From positions 51,721 to 115,720 of the forward strand of contig CAWBYW010000035.1 in NCBI GenBank assembly GCA_963792965.1: a stretch of DNA of 64,000 nt, written 5' to 3'. Shown piece after piece: positions 29,736 through 40,004 of this stretch. Below the pieces are notes generated by a model. It was not told the DNA's origin. It did no database searches and worked only from the letters and a program-made list of their open reading frames with translations. A program made the translations under genes and the position numbers. How positions within the stretch are numbered: position 1 is the first letter of the stretch; every line of letters starts with the position of its first letter. The DNA is from an uncultured delta proteobacterium. Lineage in GTDB: Bacteria > Desulfobacterota > Zymogenia > Zymogenales > Zymogenaceae.

Positions 29736-30340
29736 ATGGGACTCAACGAGAAGGTTCCGAACCAGCTCTTGCACCTGACCTTCATGACCACCGAGGAGGT
29801 TATCGGCAAGGACGGCCTGAAGACCCTCCTCCGTTACGCCAAACTCGATAAGTTCATCGACGCGCCCCCGCCGCCCGACTTCGAAATGGTCTACCCCATC
29901 AGCGAATTCATCAGGTTCGTGACCGGCACCATCGATATCTTCGGCGAGAAGGGCGCGCGCCCGCTGCTCTTCCGCGGGGGAAGCGCGGGTTCGAGCTCAG
30001 CCTCGAGCTCTTCCCGGAGATGCACCGTATCGACAAGACCAAGACCGTCGAGAAGAAATTCGAAGAGTTCGTCCGCCTCTACGGCGTCGCGGTGGAGGCC
30101 TCAAACTATATGTACGGCGACATCTTCACCTTCACGGAGGTCCCCGAGGGCGCCATGCTCGAGATCGGGCCCTGCTTCTGGTGCCTCGGGCTCAAGACCC
30201 AAAAACCGATCTGCCACGCCCAGGTGGGCTTCCAGCACAGCTTCCTGCAGTGGGTGATGGGCGGAGAGGTGAAGGTCGAGGAGACCCACTGCATCGCCAC
30301 CGGGGACCCGGTGTGCCGGTTCATCATGCACAAGCCGTAA
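29736..30340 (+). CDS. Stand-alone V4R domain protein, paralog 2; one frameshift near 29980
   Basis: N-half ORF 29736 and C-half ORF 30020 (PCFWC...ICHAQVG...EETHCIATGDPVCRF) align colinearly with the intact paralog at 56338-56961. Confidence 0.8.
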
Positions 30341-30405
30341 AGAGCGCGTATCGACGGGTATCTGACATGCCCGGATTTCCTGCATCTTATTCTCGGTATA
30401 TCCTC

Positions 30406-30680
30406 TTCACCGTCATTGCGAGTGCTGTTCTTCCTTCGGGGACCCCACGAAGCCTGCTTCGTGGGGTGATGCTCTATCCTCTGACTGTCACCGCACACCG
30501 TAGTTCACCCGTAGGGGCGGCATTCATGCCGCCCGTCTCCAACACCCAGTCACTGTAAATCGGGTCAAATGACACTTTTCACCGTCATTGCGAGAAGGCC
30601 CCATCGGGGCCGACGTGGCAATCCTCTGACTGTCACCGCGCACTACAATTCACCCGTAGGGGCGGTATACATGCCGCCCG
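30406..30680 (+). repeat. Two tandem composite REP-like units (CGTCATTGCGAG element + GTAG-tagged hairpin)
   Basis: ttcaccgtcattgcgag...atcctctgactgtcaccgc...ttcacccgtaggggcgg....catgccgcccg at 30406-30535 and 30578-30680. Confidence 0.75.
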
Positions 30681-30897
30681 GCAATCCCGACACGCACCCA
30701 AACCTACCAAACTCTATTTGGCGATAAATACCACTGGAAGACCGAAACGATTATTCTTGACCGAGAATCAAATATCATTTAGCATGAACTCATCAATAGT
30801 TTTTGCTACGAGCGCAGTCAATCGAGTTTTTAAGTCTACTGTAAACGGTAAAGATGCGATCCCTGCTCTTAGTTACGTAGACTAAACCGAGGCGGAG

Positions 30898-32448
30898 ATG
30901 TGTGACTGGAAGCCGAAATTCAGCTGGGATAGAGAAAGCTATAAATGTCCCCATAAGGACTACGGTAGGAACAAGGAGGGGACGAAAGACCTCTGCATTT
31001 TCCATAGCGATCAGAACGATAAAAATCCCGATAAATTCTATCAGGGAATCAAAGATATCTATAATTCTGGAAAACATAACTTCCGCGGCTTCGTTTTTCC
31101 TATAGAATTCAATTTCAATACGCTAAAGGAAGAACTCAAGGTCGATCACTTCGTTTTCTCAGACGCGGACTTTTCCGATGTAGCTTTTCTTTGCGATGTC
31201 GACCTCTCACATGCCGAATTTGCCGGCGAGGGTTTGGCCGACTTCAGCGGCGCGCAGTTCACCGGCCAGAGTGTAACCGACTTCAATTTTGTGCAGTTCT
31301 CCGGGAAGCGGGGGACCGACTTCAGCTTTGCTCAGTTCTCCGGCAAGGGCCGGACCTCTTTCACAGGAGCGCAGTTCTCTGGAGAGGGCGGGACGTTCTT
31401 CACAGGGGCGACCTTCTCCGGCCGGGGCGGGACCTTCTTCTACGAGGCACGGTTTACCGGCAAGCGCGGGGCCTTCTTTAGTTTTACGCGATTCATCGGC
31501 ATGGGCAAGGTCAACTTTTCCGGGAGAACATTTCAGGACATCACATTAGTGGGTTTTCATAATGTCGACTTAAAAAACCCCAAGAACGTAACATTCATCG
31601 ACGTCGATCTGAACCGCGTGAGATTTCTATCAACCGATCTTTCAAATATCCGCTTTTCGAACGTATTCTGGTGCGGAAGAAAGTATGGCTCATCATCGTA
31701 TAGGGGAAGACTTAAGTTGTACGATGAAATATACCAGGAAGGAGGTGTTATCGTCAGACTGCTCCAACGACTACGCTATCGGCTCAAGCTCGGCCTCTAT
31801 AAACTCCATGAGAAAGATCTTGAGACAGTTGAAAATAAGGATAGAAAAGGATTAAAGAAAGGCGCTCTTAAAGGCCCTAACTTCCATAAAGATGACGAAA
31901 CCTGAAAGAAAGGAACGGAACCATTACGAAGTCTATAATCTCTACAATCAGTTGATAAAGAACTACGAGAATAATAACCGATACTACGAGGCGGGAGACT
32001 TCTTCGTCGGGATGATGGAGATGAGGAGAAGGGGTGATTTTGAAAAGCGCACGATCAGAGCGCTGCTGTATCCATACAAATGGATATCACTTTACGGCGA
32101 GCGGCCGTGGAGAGCTTTTGGATGGCTCTTGGGATCAGTACTTTTATTCGGACTCCTGAACCTTGCTGTTGGTATGGATCCCATGGAGACGAATTCAACT
32201 TTCAGTACTATCAAGAGGGAAGGACTCTCAATAAAAATGCTGATCGACAGTGGCTTCTGGAAAGATTATCTTCAGGCTATATATACCGCTCTGCAACCAA
32301 TAACCCTCGGGAAGGTCGAGGCCGCTTATTCTGTTAGAGACACCTTCTGGGGCCCACTTCTTAGGATCGGGAAACTATATCGGGCGCTCTCTTTATCTCC
32401 CTCTTCCTCCTCGCCATGAACCGTAAGTTCCGCAGGACGAAGGATTGA
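30898..32448 (+). CDS. Pentapeptide-repeat-like protein with C-terminal membrane (channel-like) domain; frameshifts near 31890 and 32375
   Basis: N-terminal CIFH, F-x-x-A-x-F-x-G repeats, YEAGDFFVGMMEMRR, YGERPWRA + TM helices, ending LFLLAMNRKFRRTKD; AT-rich. Confidence 0.65.
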
Positions 32449-32563
32449 AGTCGGCTGCTTTAAGAAGAAATGATGACCGTACTCTTCTCACGCATTCCGG
32501 CATCCTGAAGTGCAGAGCAAAATAACAAACCGATCCGTCTGGTACTAAGAAAAGGAGTAGCTC

Positions 32564-33163
32564 ATGCCTGCCATCGAATCGAGAAAATACCTCCTCGTCG
32601 GTATCTTATTCCTGGGCCTGCTTCTTCTCTGCGGCTCGATGGCCCCAACCACTCATTCCGCCGAGTTCACGGCCCGCGTCACCTTCACCACCGACAAAAC
32701 CATCTCGACCGGCACGGCCTACGTCAAGGGCTGCAACATGCGCCGAGACCTCACCTCCGCGGCCCACCTCACCAGCACCACCATCACGATCTTTCGGTGC
32801 GACAAAAAGCTGATGTGGACGCTCGACCCGGAAAACATGACCTGCATCGAGGCGCGGCCCATATACTCCGGCCTCAATTACCCCGACGCCGCCGGGCGGA
32901 CGGAAGCGGGCGCGGTCAAGGAATACCTCGGGCAGGAAAGGGTGGCGGGCCTCGTCTGCGATAAATACGTCTTCCACTACAGGGACCCGAAGATCGGAGA
33001 CATCTCCTACTGGATCGCCCGGGAGCTCACCTATCCCATCAGGTTCGAGCAGATGGGAGAGGGGGTCTACCTGCTTGAGGAATATACCGACATCAAGGTC
33101 GGCCCCGTGAGCGATTCGCTCTTCGAGGTGCCGACGGGATACCAGATAATACGGATGTTTTAG
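32564..33163 (+). CDS. Exported LolA-like / DUF4412-like protein
   Basis: Signal peptide, LGQERVAGLVCDKY, YWIARELTYPIRF, SDSLFEVPTGY; AAGGAG RBS. Confidence 0.7.
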   Translation: MPAIESRKYLLVGILFLGLLLLCGSMAPTTHSAEFTARVTFTTDKTISTGTAYVKGCNMRRDLTSAAHLTSTTITIFRCDKKLMWTLDPENMTCIEARPIYSGLNYPDAAGRTEAGAVKEYLGQERVAGLVCDKYVFHYRDPKIGDISYWIARELTYPIRFEQMGEGVYLLEEYTDIKVGPVSDSLFEVPTGYQIIRMF

Positions 33164-33209
33164 GCAAGGGCCGGCCGACAGTGGATATCTCAGGGATGAC
33201 ACTAACGCA

Positions 33210-33275
33210 TAGTACTCGGTGACAGTCAGGGGATCGGCGCGCCGCGTGCCCGCGGCTCGCAATGACGGTGGAAAA
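33210..33275 (-). repeat. Third, inverted copy of the CGTCATTGCGAG REP-like element
   Basis: Reverse complement ttttccaccgtcattgcgag...atcccctgactgtcaccg matches the 30578 copy. Confidence 0.75.
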
Positions 33276-33430
33276 AGAGAGCGCCCGCCTCCCCTATCGG
33301 GCCCGCAGCCAATTGTTGTTTACCCTCCCCTGCGTCCGTGGTATAATGCAGCACGGTGACGCGGGAGTCCGCCGCATATGACGGACGAATACTCACGCTC
33401 CCGCACGCTAAAACCATGAAGGATCCCGTC

Positions 33431-34088
33431 GTGCCCAAACCCCACACGATTGCGCTTGCCGAAGACCATGCGATCCTCAGACAGGGTCTTCGCTCCCTCC
33501 TTGAAAAAACCGGAGAGTTCGAGGTCGTGGCCGAGGCCTCCGACGGCCTGGAGGCCATCCGGCGCGTCGGCGAGACGCTGCCCGACATCCTCATCATCGA
33601 CCTGGCCATGCCGCGCCTCACCGGCATGGACGCCATACGGGAAATCAAACGGCTCCACGACGACATAAAGATCATCGTGCTGACGGTCCACGCGGCCGAG
33701 GAGTACGTCTACGAGAGCCTCAAGGCCGGGGCCGACGGCTACGTGCTGAAGGCCGCCGACTATACGGAGCTGATCACCGCCATCAAGACGGTGCTCTCCG
33801 GCAAGATCTACCTGAGCCCGGACATCTCCGACACGGTCGTCATGGGGTACCTGAAGGGGGGGGCGCGGCAGGGAAACGGCAACCGGAAAGGAGAGCCTCA
33901 CCCCGCGCGAGCGGGAGGTGCTCAAACTGGTGGCCGAGGGATACAAGAACCGCGAAATCGCAGATCTCCTCTTCGTGAGCGTCAAGACGGTGGAAAAACA
34001 TCGCGAAAATATCAAGCGCAAGCTCGAGTTGCCCGGCACGTCGGCGATGATCGCCTACGCCATCGAGCACGGCCTCGTCAACCGCTGA
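33431..34088 (+). CDS. NarL/FixJ family response regulator (REC + LuxR HTH); one frameshift near 33880
   Basis: LAEDHAILRQG, DILIIDLAMP, GADGYVLK; the alternative frame gives LTPREREVLKLVAEGYKNREIADLLFVSVKTVEKHR. Confidence 0.88.
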
Positions 34089-35979
34089 GGGGCCACTCGA
34101 CCCGCACGACCGTCCCCTTCCCCTTCGTCGACTCGATGGAAAAGGCGCCCTGAGAAAATGAGACCCGCTCGCGCATGCCGGCGATCCCCAGCCCGTAGCT
34201 CTCCTTCTGAAGCTGGGCCACGTCAAACCCCGTGCCGTTGTCGCGAATCGTGAATTCGAGCGTTCCCCCGGCCTCTCGCATCCGGATTTCTACCCGGTCG
34301 GCCCCGCTGTGCTGCGCGATGTTGGACATGGCCTCCTGCAGAATCCTGAAGGCGACGATCTTGATGTGCTGGGGGATCCGGGCGTCCTGGACGGACAGGT
34401 CCTTCTCAACCGTGATGCCGCGATAGACCGTGCCGAACTCCCTGAGAAACCAGTTGATGGTGGCCACGATGCCGAGGTCGTCGAGGATCGACGGCCTGAG
34501 ATCCATCGAGATTTTCGACACGTCCATGATCGCCTCTTTGAGCAGCGCGATGTTGGCCCGCAGCTGCTCGTCGACGCTCTGGCGGCTCATCTCCGAGATA
34601 TTATTCAACAGCAGGTTTTCCGTGCCGACCTTGATCGTGGAGAGATACTGGCCGATCCCGTCGTGCAGCTCCTGCGAGATGCGCTGGCGCTCCCGCTCTA
34701 AAACGTCGAGGTGTTTTTCGTAGAGGTCGCTCAGCTGTCTCTGGTAGCGTATCAATTCCGCCTCGGCCTGTTTCTGCTCCGTGATATCGTTGATGTAGGT
34801 GAGCACCAGCTCGCCCGGCACGTAGGCGTGGGTAAAGACCAGCTGCCGCTCCTCGTCGTTCGCGCTCAGCCTGAGCGATCCGTTCCGCCGGACGACGGTC
34901 CCCGTCTCAAAGCAGCGTCTGATGTCGTCGCCGATCTCGGGATAGCTGCGGCACACGACGCCCGCCGACGTCCCGATCAATTGTGCGACCCGGCTTTCGG
35001 TAAACGCTTCCAGCGCCTCGTTACAGCCGAAGAGGATGAAATCGCCGCCCGTATGCTTCCAGGTCATCACCGGGATGGGGCTGCCGACGTAGAGGGCTTT
35101 GAAGCGCTCTTCGCTCTCCCGCAGGTCAGCCAGGGCCTGCCGGCGCTCGGTGATATCCTCGATGAACTGTATCAGCAGGTTGGGCGCCATGAAGAAGGTG
35201 ACCGAGTCCACGAACCGGTCGTTGCCGGGCAAGAGGAAGTCGCAGTAGGTCTCCATCCTGATCGTCCCTCTCTGCCGGAAGACCCGGTACATGATCTCGA
35301 TAACGTCCGATCGCCCGCGGTGCTCGTAGAGCTCGTGGGCGGTGGAGCCGGCGTACTGCCGAATCCTCCCCTCCGTCAGCTCGTCCATGGCGGGATTATA
35401 GCCGATCAGGCGCAGCTCCCCGTCGATCTCCTGCCAGGTGAAGATGCAGATCGGCGCGCTCACCAACGGCGAATCGGCCGACGCATGTTTTACCATGAGA
35501 TCGGGGGACGCCATCGCGCCCGATTCGGTCCGCCGATAACACGAAAAGTAATAGTCCACGCCGTCGGCCCGGATAATCTTGCTGCTGTGCTCGCACTGAA
35601 ATATCGTGCCGTCCCTGTGACGGCGGCAGACCCACAAGAACTCGCCCTTGGTGGTGACCTCAAAGGAGAAGTGCGACGGCATGATCCTGAGGAAATTTTC
35701 CGGCAAGAGGTCCGCATGGTTGAGCGCCCGCATCTCGGGACGGGAATATCCGAACATCCGGCAGGCGGCCTTGTTGCAGTCGTGGATGGTGCCGTCATGG
35801 CGATAGAGGATGGCGGCAAACGGTAATTCCTGAAACATGTCCGACATGATCGTCGAGGTGACGTTCTCATCACGGGAGGCTTTTCCTCCCGACCGCACGG
35901 GGTCAAGCCCGATCCGATCGACCCCGGATTGTCGGTGCGCGTGTGCCTGGGAGAGCGCCTTGTCGTTCTTCTTTGCCAT
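34078..35979 (-). CDS. Cytoplasmic PAS-domain sensor histidine kinase (HisKA_3/NarX type)
   Basis: PAS domains, ERQRISQELHDGIGQ, LRPSILDDLG, QEAMSN, DNGTGF, GLGIAGMRER; convergent with and overlapping the response regulator. Confidence 0.9.
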   Translation of the reverse strand: MAKKNDKALSQAHAHRQSGVDRIGLDPVRSGGKASRDENVTSTIMSDMFQELPFAAILYRHDGTIHDCNKAACRMFGYSRPEMRALNHADLLPENFLRIMPSHFSFEVTTKGEFLWVCRRHRDGTIFQCEHSSKIIRADGVDYYFSCYRRTESGAMASPDLMVKHASADSPLVSAPICIFTWQEIDGELRLIGYNPAMDELTEGRIRQYAGSTAHELYEHRGRSDVIEIMYRVFRQRGTIRMETYCDFLLPGNDRFVDSVTFFMAPNLLIQFIEDITERRQALADLRESEERFKALYVGSPIPVMTWKHTGGDFILFGCNEALEAFTESRVAQLIGTSAGVVCRSYPEIGDDIRRCFETGTVVRRNGSLRLSANDEERQLVFTHAYVPGELVLTYINDITEQKQAEAELIRYQRQLSDLYEKHLDVLERERQRISQELHDGIGQYLSTIKVGTENLLLNNISEMSRQSVDEQLRANIALLKEAIMDVSKISMDLRPSILDDLGIVATINWFLREFGTVYRGITVEKDLSVQDARIPQHIKIVAFRILQEAMSNIAQHSGADRVEIRMREAGGTLEFTIRDNGTGFDVAQLQKESYGLGIAGMRERVSFSQGAFSIESTKGKGTVVRVEWPLSG

Positions 35980-36184
35980 TGCCCCATCCTCCGATGAACC
36001 GACCACTATTTTAGGCCACAGCGGTGCCCTTGTCAATCGGCTTCTCGCCAACTCCCTCCCCCCCGCTCGCTCCACCCCCACGCGCGGGCTGCGGAAACAT
36101 GAGAGGGGCGCGGCGGCGCCCACCCCGGCTATCTCGTGGCGCGGGGTAAGTCGCCGCCGACGACTTCGATCAGAGGTGCGTTGA

Positions 36185-36424
36185 CTACGATCGCTTTGAC
36201 CTGCTGAGCTTTGAGGTGATGAACAAGATGGGCAGCTTCATGATAAACCAGATGACCGGCCCGTTGAGCATCATCTTGACGAGGTCCGAAACATCGTCCA
36301 CCCCGAAATATATCGTGGAATCCCAGGCGCCGAATTTCCCGGAGGTAACCAGCCGCGTCTTATCGGCCGTCACCTTGCTTATGATTATCTCCATGTCTCC
36401 GGCGGGTGATTTCATCATCGGCAT
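36185..36424 (-). CDS. Small hypothetical protein with C-terminal hydrophobic helix
   Basis: GAGGAAG RBS, host-like codon use, directly downstream of the 36491 gene. Confidence 0.6.
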   Translation of the reverse strand: MPMMKSPAGDMEIIISKVTADKTRLVTSGKFGAWDSTIYFGVDDVSDLVKMMLNGPVIWFIMKLPILFITSKLSRSKRS

Positions 36425-36490
36425 GTTACTCTTCCTCCTGTGTGTCAGCGCGCGGAGGCAAGTCGTGCCGCCCCCGCGCAGCCCGTGCCA

Positions 36491-37741
36491 CTATTTGTCG
36501 TGCCATGTCTTCGTATGGTTTTTCATCGCCTCGGTGAACACCTCCCCGGGATAATACTTCTTATAGAAGTCCATCTCGGGGTGGTGCACGGCCAGTGCCA
36601 CCGGCATCTGCACCGCATCGTAGATCACCGGGAACCGCCCGTACGTTTCATACAGGTAGTTCAAAAAGGTCTTGGCGACCTCCTTGCCTTCCTCGCTGGG
36701 CTTGCGCACCTTCAGGTACAGCTCCTTATCCTTCCAGGGCGTCGGGCCGTCGTACTTGGACCCGAACATCCCCGTGGGACCGAACTTCAGATCCCAGAAT
36801 TTATCGACCGCCTCTCCCATATCCTTGACGTACGGCGGGCAGAGGGGCTCGATGAAACCGTCTTTCCCGACGGGAGTCGGCATTTTATCCTTCCCCGTCT
36901 TAAACCTGAAGCCGAACCCGGGGGAAAGCGGCGTCCCGCCCATGAGCACCATTGAAACGTAGCCGCCGTATGGATAGGCCCCCAGGCCCATGGCCGTGGC
37001 CGCCAGGCCGATGTTCTGGATCATGTAATGCGCCGTGGCCGTACAGGCCGTGGACACCGCCATTTCCAGATAGGTCAGCGGCACCGCGGGGCCGTTGAGA
37101 TACCCGTTGGCGACCCATTTCTTGAGCCCGGCGTCCGTGCCCGCGCGGTCGTCGTAGAGCTGCCAACGGTCGTCGGAGCAGGCCAGCAGCACGAAATTGA
37201 GGTACTCATAGGTTACGTCGACGATCGGCATAAAGGTCGTCGTGCCGGGTTTATTTGCGTTCCAGTGGTTGCATTTGACCAGCCCGAACTCGGACAGATT
37301 CGGCCTTCCGTCCACCATCTTGACCAGATGATCCTTGTGAGAGGAGATGATCTTCATCCGATCCTCGGGCGTTTGGAACTCGACGTTTTTCTTCGGGGCG
37401 CTCGGGCGATAGAGGAAGGCCCCGGCGTCGTCGAAGAACATGAGGTCCTGCTTCTGATCGTTGCACGGGTTGGGGTGGGTGCGGCCGATCCAATCGTTCA
37501 TGGTGTGGGTCGTCGCATCCAGGTCGGACATGATGGTGCCCGTGACCCCGTGTCCGGCCCAGCAGAGGATGGCCTGTTCGAGCTCGCTCAGCGGGTCGGG
37601 CGCCTTTTGAGACTTGAAGACGAAAGGCGCATCCGAGATCTCGCATCCCGTCGGATAGCGAAAGGCACGTCGCCGTGCCAGCGCCTCGAACAACGAAAAG
37701 TTCCAGAGAGTTTCGATCTTGGACTTGGCGTGATCGCTCAT
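36491..37741 (-). CDS. Hypothetical protein, probable nitroreductase-like fold
   Basis: N-terminal ALARRRAFRY (RRSxR-like FMN motif), PLSELEQAIL, QNIGLAATAMGLG; ATG 37741 with AGGAGG RBS. Confidence 0.55.
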   Translation of the reverse strand: MSDHAKSKIETLWNFSLFEALARRRAFRYPTGCEISDAPFVFKSQKAPDPLSELEQAILCWAGHGVTGTIMSDLDATTHTMNDWIGRTHPNPCNDQKQDLMFFDDAGAFLYRPSAPKKNVEFQTPEDRMKIISSHKDHLVKMVDGRPNLSEFGLVKCNHWNANKPGTTTFMPIVDVTYEYLNFVLLACSDDRWQLYDDRAGTDAGLKKWVANGYLNGPAVPLTYLEMAVSTACTATAHYMIQNIGLAATAMGLGAYPYGGYVSMVLMGGTPLSPGFGFRFKTGKDKMPTPVGKDGFIEPLCPPYVKDMGEAVDKFWDLKFGPTGMFGSKYDGPTPWKDKELYLKVRKPSEEGKEVAKTFLNYLYETYGRFPVIYDAVQMPVALAVHHPEMDFYKKYYPGEVFTEAMKNHTKTWHDK

Positions 37742-37900
37742 GAGATGTTCCTCCTTTTGGAATTTCCTGCATGCTATGTCCAAGAGGAGGACAAGTAAAT
37801 TCGTGGAAATACGGAAAAGAGGGTCTACCCGCTTACGGGAAAACCCTTATGAAGTAGAATAGCGCGCGGGGGTGATGACGCTGAATTTTACCGGAAAGAG

Positions 37901-38178
37901 TCGAGGCGCCGCCCATCTATTCCGGCCTCAATAACCCCGACGTCGCCGGACGGACGGAGGCGGGCCTCGTGTGCTACAAATACGTCTTCCACTACAGGGA
38001 CCCGAAGATAGGAGACATCACCTGCTGGATCGCCGGGGAGCTCGCCTATCCCATCAGGTTCGAGCAGCAAGGACAGAGGATCTACCTTTTCGAGGAATAT
38101 ACAGACATCAAAATCGGCCCCGTGAGCGATTCGCTCTTCGAGGTGCCGGCGGGGTACCAGATGTTACGGATGTTTTAG
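37901..38178 (+). pseudogene. 5'-truncated, internally deleted duplicate of the LolA/DUF4412-like gene at 32564
   Basis: High nucleotide similarity to 32848-33163 including the stop and downstream ttttaggcaa.ggccgg; segment between two gcgggc microhomologies is deleted. Confidence 0.85.
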
Positions 38179-38199
38179 GCAACGGCCGGGCGGATCTGT

Positions 38200-38406
38200 T
38201 TATAATTCGTCTTCGGATATTTCTGCGATTTTTAGTATCGCATTAAGCAGGCCTTGTTTGAGGTCCTTGTTGCCGTGAACCGGGACGCTTATTCTCTCTT
38301 TTCTTCCCGTTTTCATGTATACGTGGTGACTACCGTGGATGGTCCTTAACTCCCATCCCTTCTTCTCAAGAATCCGGCAGAGTTCTTTACCGGAAACGGC
38401 TTTCAT
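38200..38406 (-). CDS. hicA: HicA family mRNA interferase toxin
   Basis: [14 protein letters not shown]...GSHH...[19 protein letters not shown]. Confidence 0.9.
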   Translation of the reverse strand: MKAVSGKELCRILEKKGWELRTIHGSHHVYMKTGRKERISVPVHGNKDLKQGLLNAILKIAEISEDEL

Positions 38407-38606
38407 ACGGCGATTTCAAGGATCGTGTCGCTTTCGGTAACCTTAACGTCTTGCGCTTCTACGGAAAGGCAGGCTTCTACAGCCTCATAGATATTCGGGA
38501 TAAGCTCTTCCCACGTGTCTGCCTGCGTAAAGCACCCGGGAATGGCGGGCATCTCGGCCCAAAAGCCCCCTTCCTCCGCCTTGTGGATGATAACCTTTAT
38601 TTTCAT
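38403..38606 (-). CDS. hicB: HicB family antitoxin (short form without DNA-binding domain)
   Basis: [31 protein letters not shown]; 4-nt overlap with hicA. Confidence 0.88.
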   Translation of the reverse strand: MKIKVIIHKAEEGGFWAEMPAIPGCFTQADTWEELIPNIYEAVEACLSVEAQDVKVTESDTILEIAV

Positions 38607-38636
38607 CGTCTTTCTCTCTCAGTCTGAATGAAGTCC

Positions 38637-39405
38637 CTATCCCTCCTTCCCAAACCCCGTCACCATGTAGGTGCCGCTCCTCGCGTTGATCTTGAGGGTG
38701 ATGAGCCCGTGCTTCTGGGCGTCTTCCAGGAGGTCGGTAAAGGTGCGGTAGCCGTGGTACGACTCGTTGAACGACGGCTGCTTTCTGTTCATCGTGTCCT
38801 TGACCATCGAGGAGTAGATGATGTCCTTGTTCTCGCGCTGAGCGCCGTGATGGAGGAGACCAGCATGCGAAGGCCTCCCGCTTCTCCTTGGGGAGGTCCG
38901 GGTCGACCTTGGGCGGCTTGCGAGCGGCCGCTCCAGGTCCTCGTAGTAGATGAACTCGTCGCAGTTGTCGATGAGGAGGTCGGAGGTGGAGCTCTTCATC
39001 CCCAGGCCGATGACGCGCTTGCCGTTCTCCTTGAGCTTGGAGACCAGCGGCGAGAAGTCGGAATCGCCCGAGACGATCACGAAGGTGTCGATGTGCTCCT
39101 TGGAGTAGGACAGGTCCATGGCGTCCACGCAAGCCGGATATCGGCCGAGTTCTTGCCGGTCATGCCGCGCTTGGGGATCTCGATCAGCTCGATGGCCGAC
39201 TCGTGGAAGGCCCTCTTGTACTCCGCAAATCTCGTCCAGTCGGCGTAGGCCTTCTTGACGATGATCTTGCCCTTCTCCACCAGACGCTCGAGCGCCTTCT
39301 CGATGTCGAACTTTATCCCCTTTCCTTGTCCTTGATGAACCCGAGGGCAAGGTTCTCGAAATCGATGAAGACCGCCAGCGTCCTATCCTTTTCGACGTGG
39401 ACCAT
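38637..39405 (-). CDS. NYN (LabA/DUF88 PIN-like) domain protein with C-terminal OST-HTH/LOTUS domain; several frameshifts
   Basis: AVFIDFENL, KAYADW, GKNSADIRL, VDAMDL, SGDSDFSPLV, CDEFIYY, FNESYHGYRTFTDLLE spread over 3 frames; ATG 39405 with AGGAGG RBS. Confidence 0.8.
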
Positions 39406-39572
39406 CGGCCGCCCCTCCTGATAATTTGTGCTTCAAGAACCGGCAGGACCTCTCCGGGGAAAGGGTAGCATCCATCCTCCCTTCCCTAAGGGCCGTGGAA
39501 AATGTTGCCGGGTCGCTATGAATACCGCCCAAGCGGATGGTTATCGCTGTTGTGTATTTGATATGGAAACCC

Positions 39573-40004
39573 CTACCTTTCAAACGTTTTGCTGAAGAAA
39601 AAGAGATACGCCAACACCTCTCGTTTATCGACCGGCCCCTCATAGCGCGCGACCACTTTTCCCGCGCCGTCGGTCATTTTCGCGCTCGAGATCGTCCCGG
39701 CCGCAGCACCGGTTGCGTCGGTCATCGCTCCGTTCTCATCGACGGCCACCAACACCTTGTGGTGGACGTCACGGACGGTCATGTCTGGTCCCACAAAACC
39801 GAGGTTCTTATTCGTGACGTCGTAGACGATGCCGTCCTTGTCTATTCGCCCGAGCAAGACGTGGTTTGCGTCCAGGATCTTCCCCACGTCGTTGACATAG
39901 GCGACGGGGACAAAGAGAGCATCCTGGATCTGGAACTCCACGGCAGAGGCGAGTGAGCAGCCGAATATAAAAATGAGAGAGAATATACCGAATACCTTCT
40001 TCAT
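39573..40004 (-). CDS. Exported hypothetical protein with short beta-hairpin repeats
   Basis: Signal peptide; repeated (V/I)xxxGx(I/V)xD units; AAGGACGGAG RBS region. Confidence 0.6.
   Translation of the reverse strand: MKKVFGIFSLIFIFGCSLASAVEFQIQDALFVPVAYVNDVGKILDANHVLLGRIDKDGIVYDVTNKNLGFVGPDMTVRDVHHKVLVAVDENGAMTDATGAAAGTISSAKMTDGAGKVVARYEGPVDKREVLAYLFFFSKTFER

Noticed and set aside
30830-30886. Structured leader (agtctac...gtagact) before the pentapeptide gene
   Set aside because: Single modest hairpin with no recognisable family signature and no second copy.
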